The notes under the pieces: model-generated
Told to the model about the DNA's origin: nothing
Databases searched by the model: none
The model's input: only the letters and a program-made list of their open reading frames with translations
Shown here: piece by piece, positions 53,863 through 53,864 of the stretch
Position numbering within the stretch: the first letter of the stretch is position 1
How the letters are laid out: every line of letters starts with the position of its first letter
Position numbers and translations under genes: made by a program
From: an uncultured virus (IMG/VR IMGVR_UViG_3300042864_001264)
Taxonomy: Duplodnaviria; Heunggongvirae; Uroviricota; Caudoviricetes
IMG/VR virus record: IMGVR_UViG_3300042864_001264
Length of the DNA: 53,864 bases
Reading direction: 5' to 3' (one strand)

Positions 53863-53864
53863 AC

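Noticed and set aside
1..53864. Stop-codon reassignment
   Set aside because: Genes are intact in the standard code, all three stops are used, and no suppressor tRNA was found.

Overview
AT-rich segment of a large tailed dsDNA phage genome. WhiB, an Lsr2-like domain, a DnaE polymerase and many leaderless genes point to an actinobacterial host; a low-GC freshwater lineage is my inference. On the + strand the window runs through: the end of the tail/fibre module; a replication and recombination block (DnaB, primase, SSB, DnaE, MazG-like, RecA, Cas4-like, two resolvases); the terminase; a six-tRNA cluster; Hsp20; a lysis cassette; and many small genes, up to a seventh tRNA near 51.3 kb. A structured, repeat-rich non-coding zone (about 51.7-52.25 kb) follows, then convergent - strand small genes. 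A large set of modification enzymes is scattered among the core genes: two Skp1-hydroxyproline-type GlcNAc transferases, three 2OG-Fe(II)/JmjC oxygenases, four SGNH-like proteins, a carbamoyltransferase, an APS kinase fusion, a sulfotransferase-like protein, a P450, an SDR, an LLM and a quinone reductase. Several micro-ORFs missing from the ORF track were also read. All family calls come from motif recognition by eye; no database searches were run.
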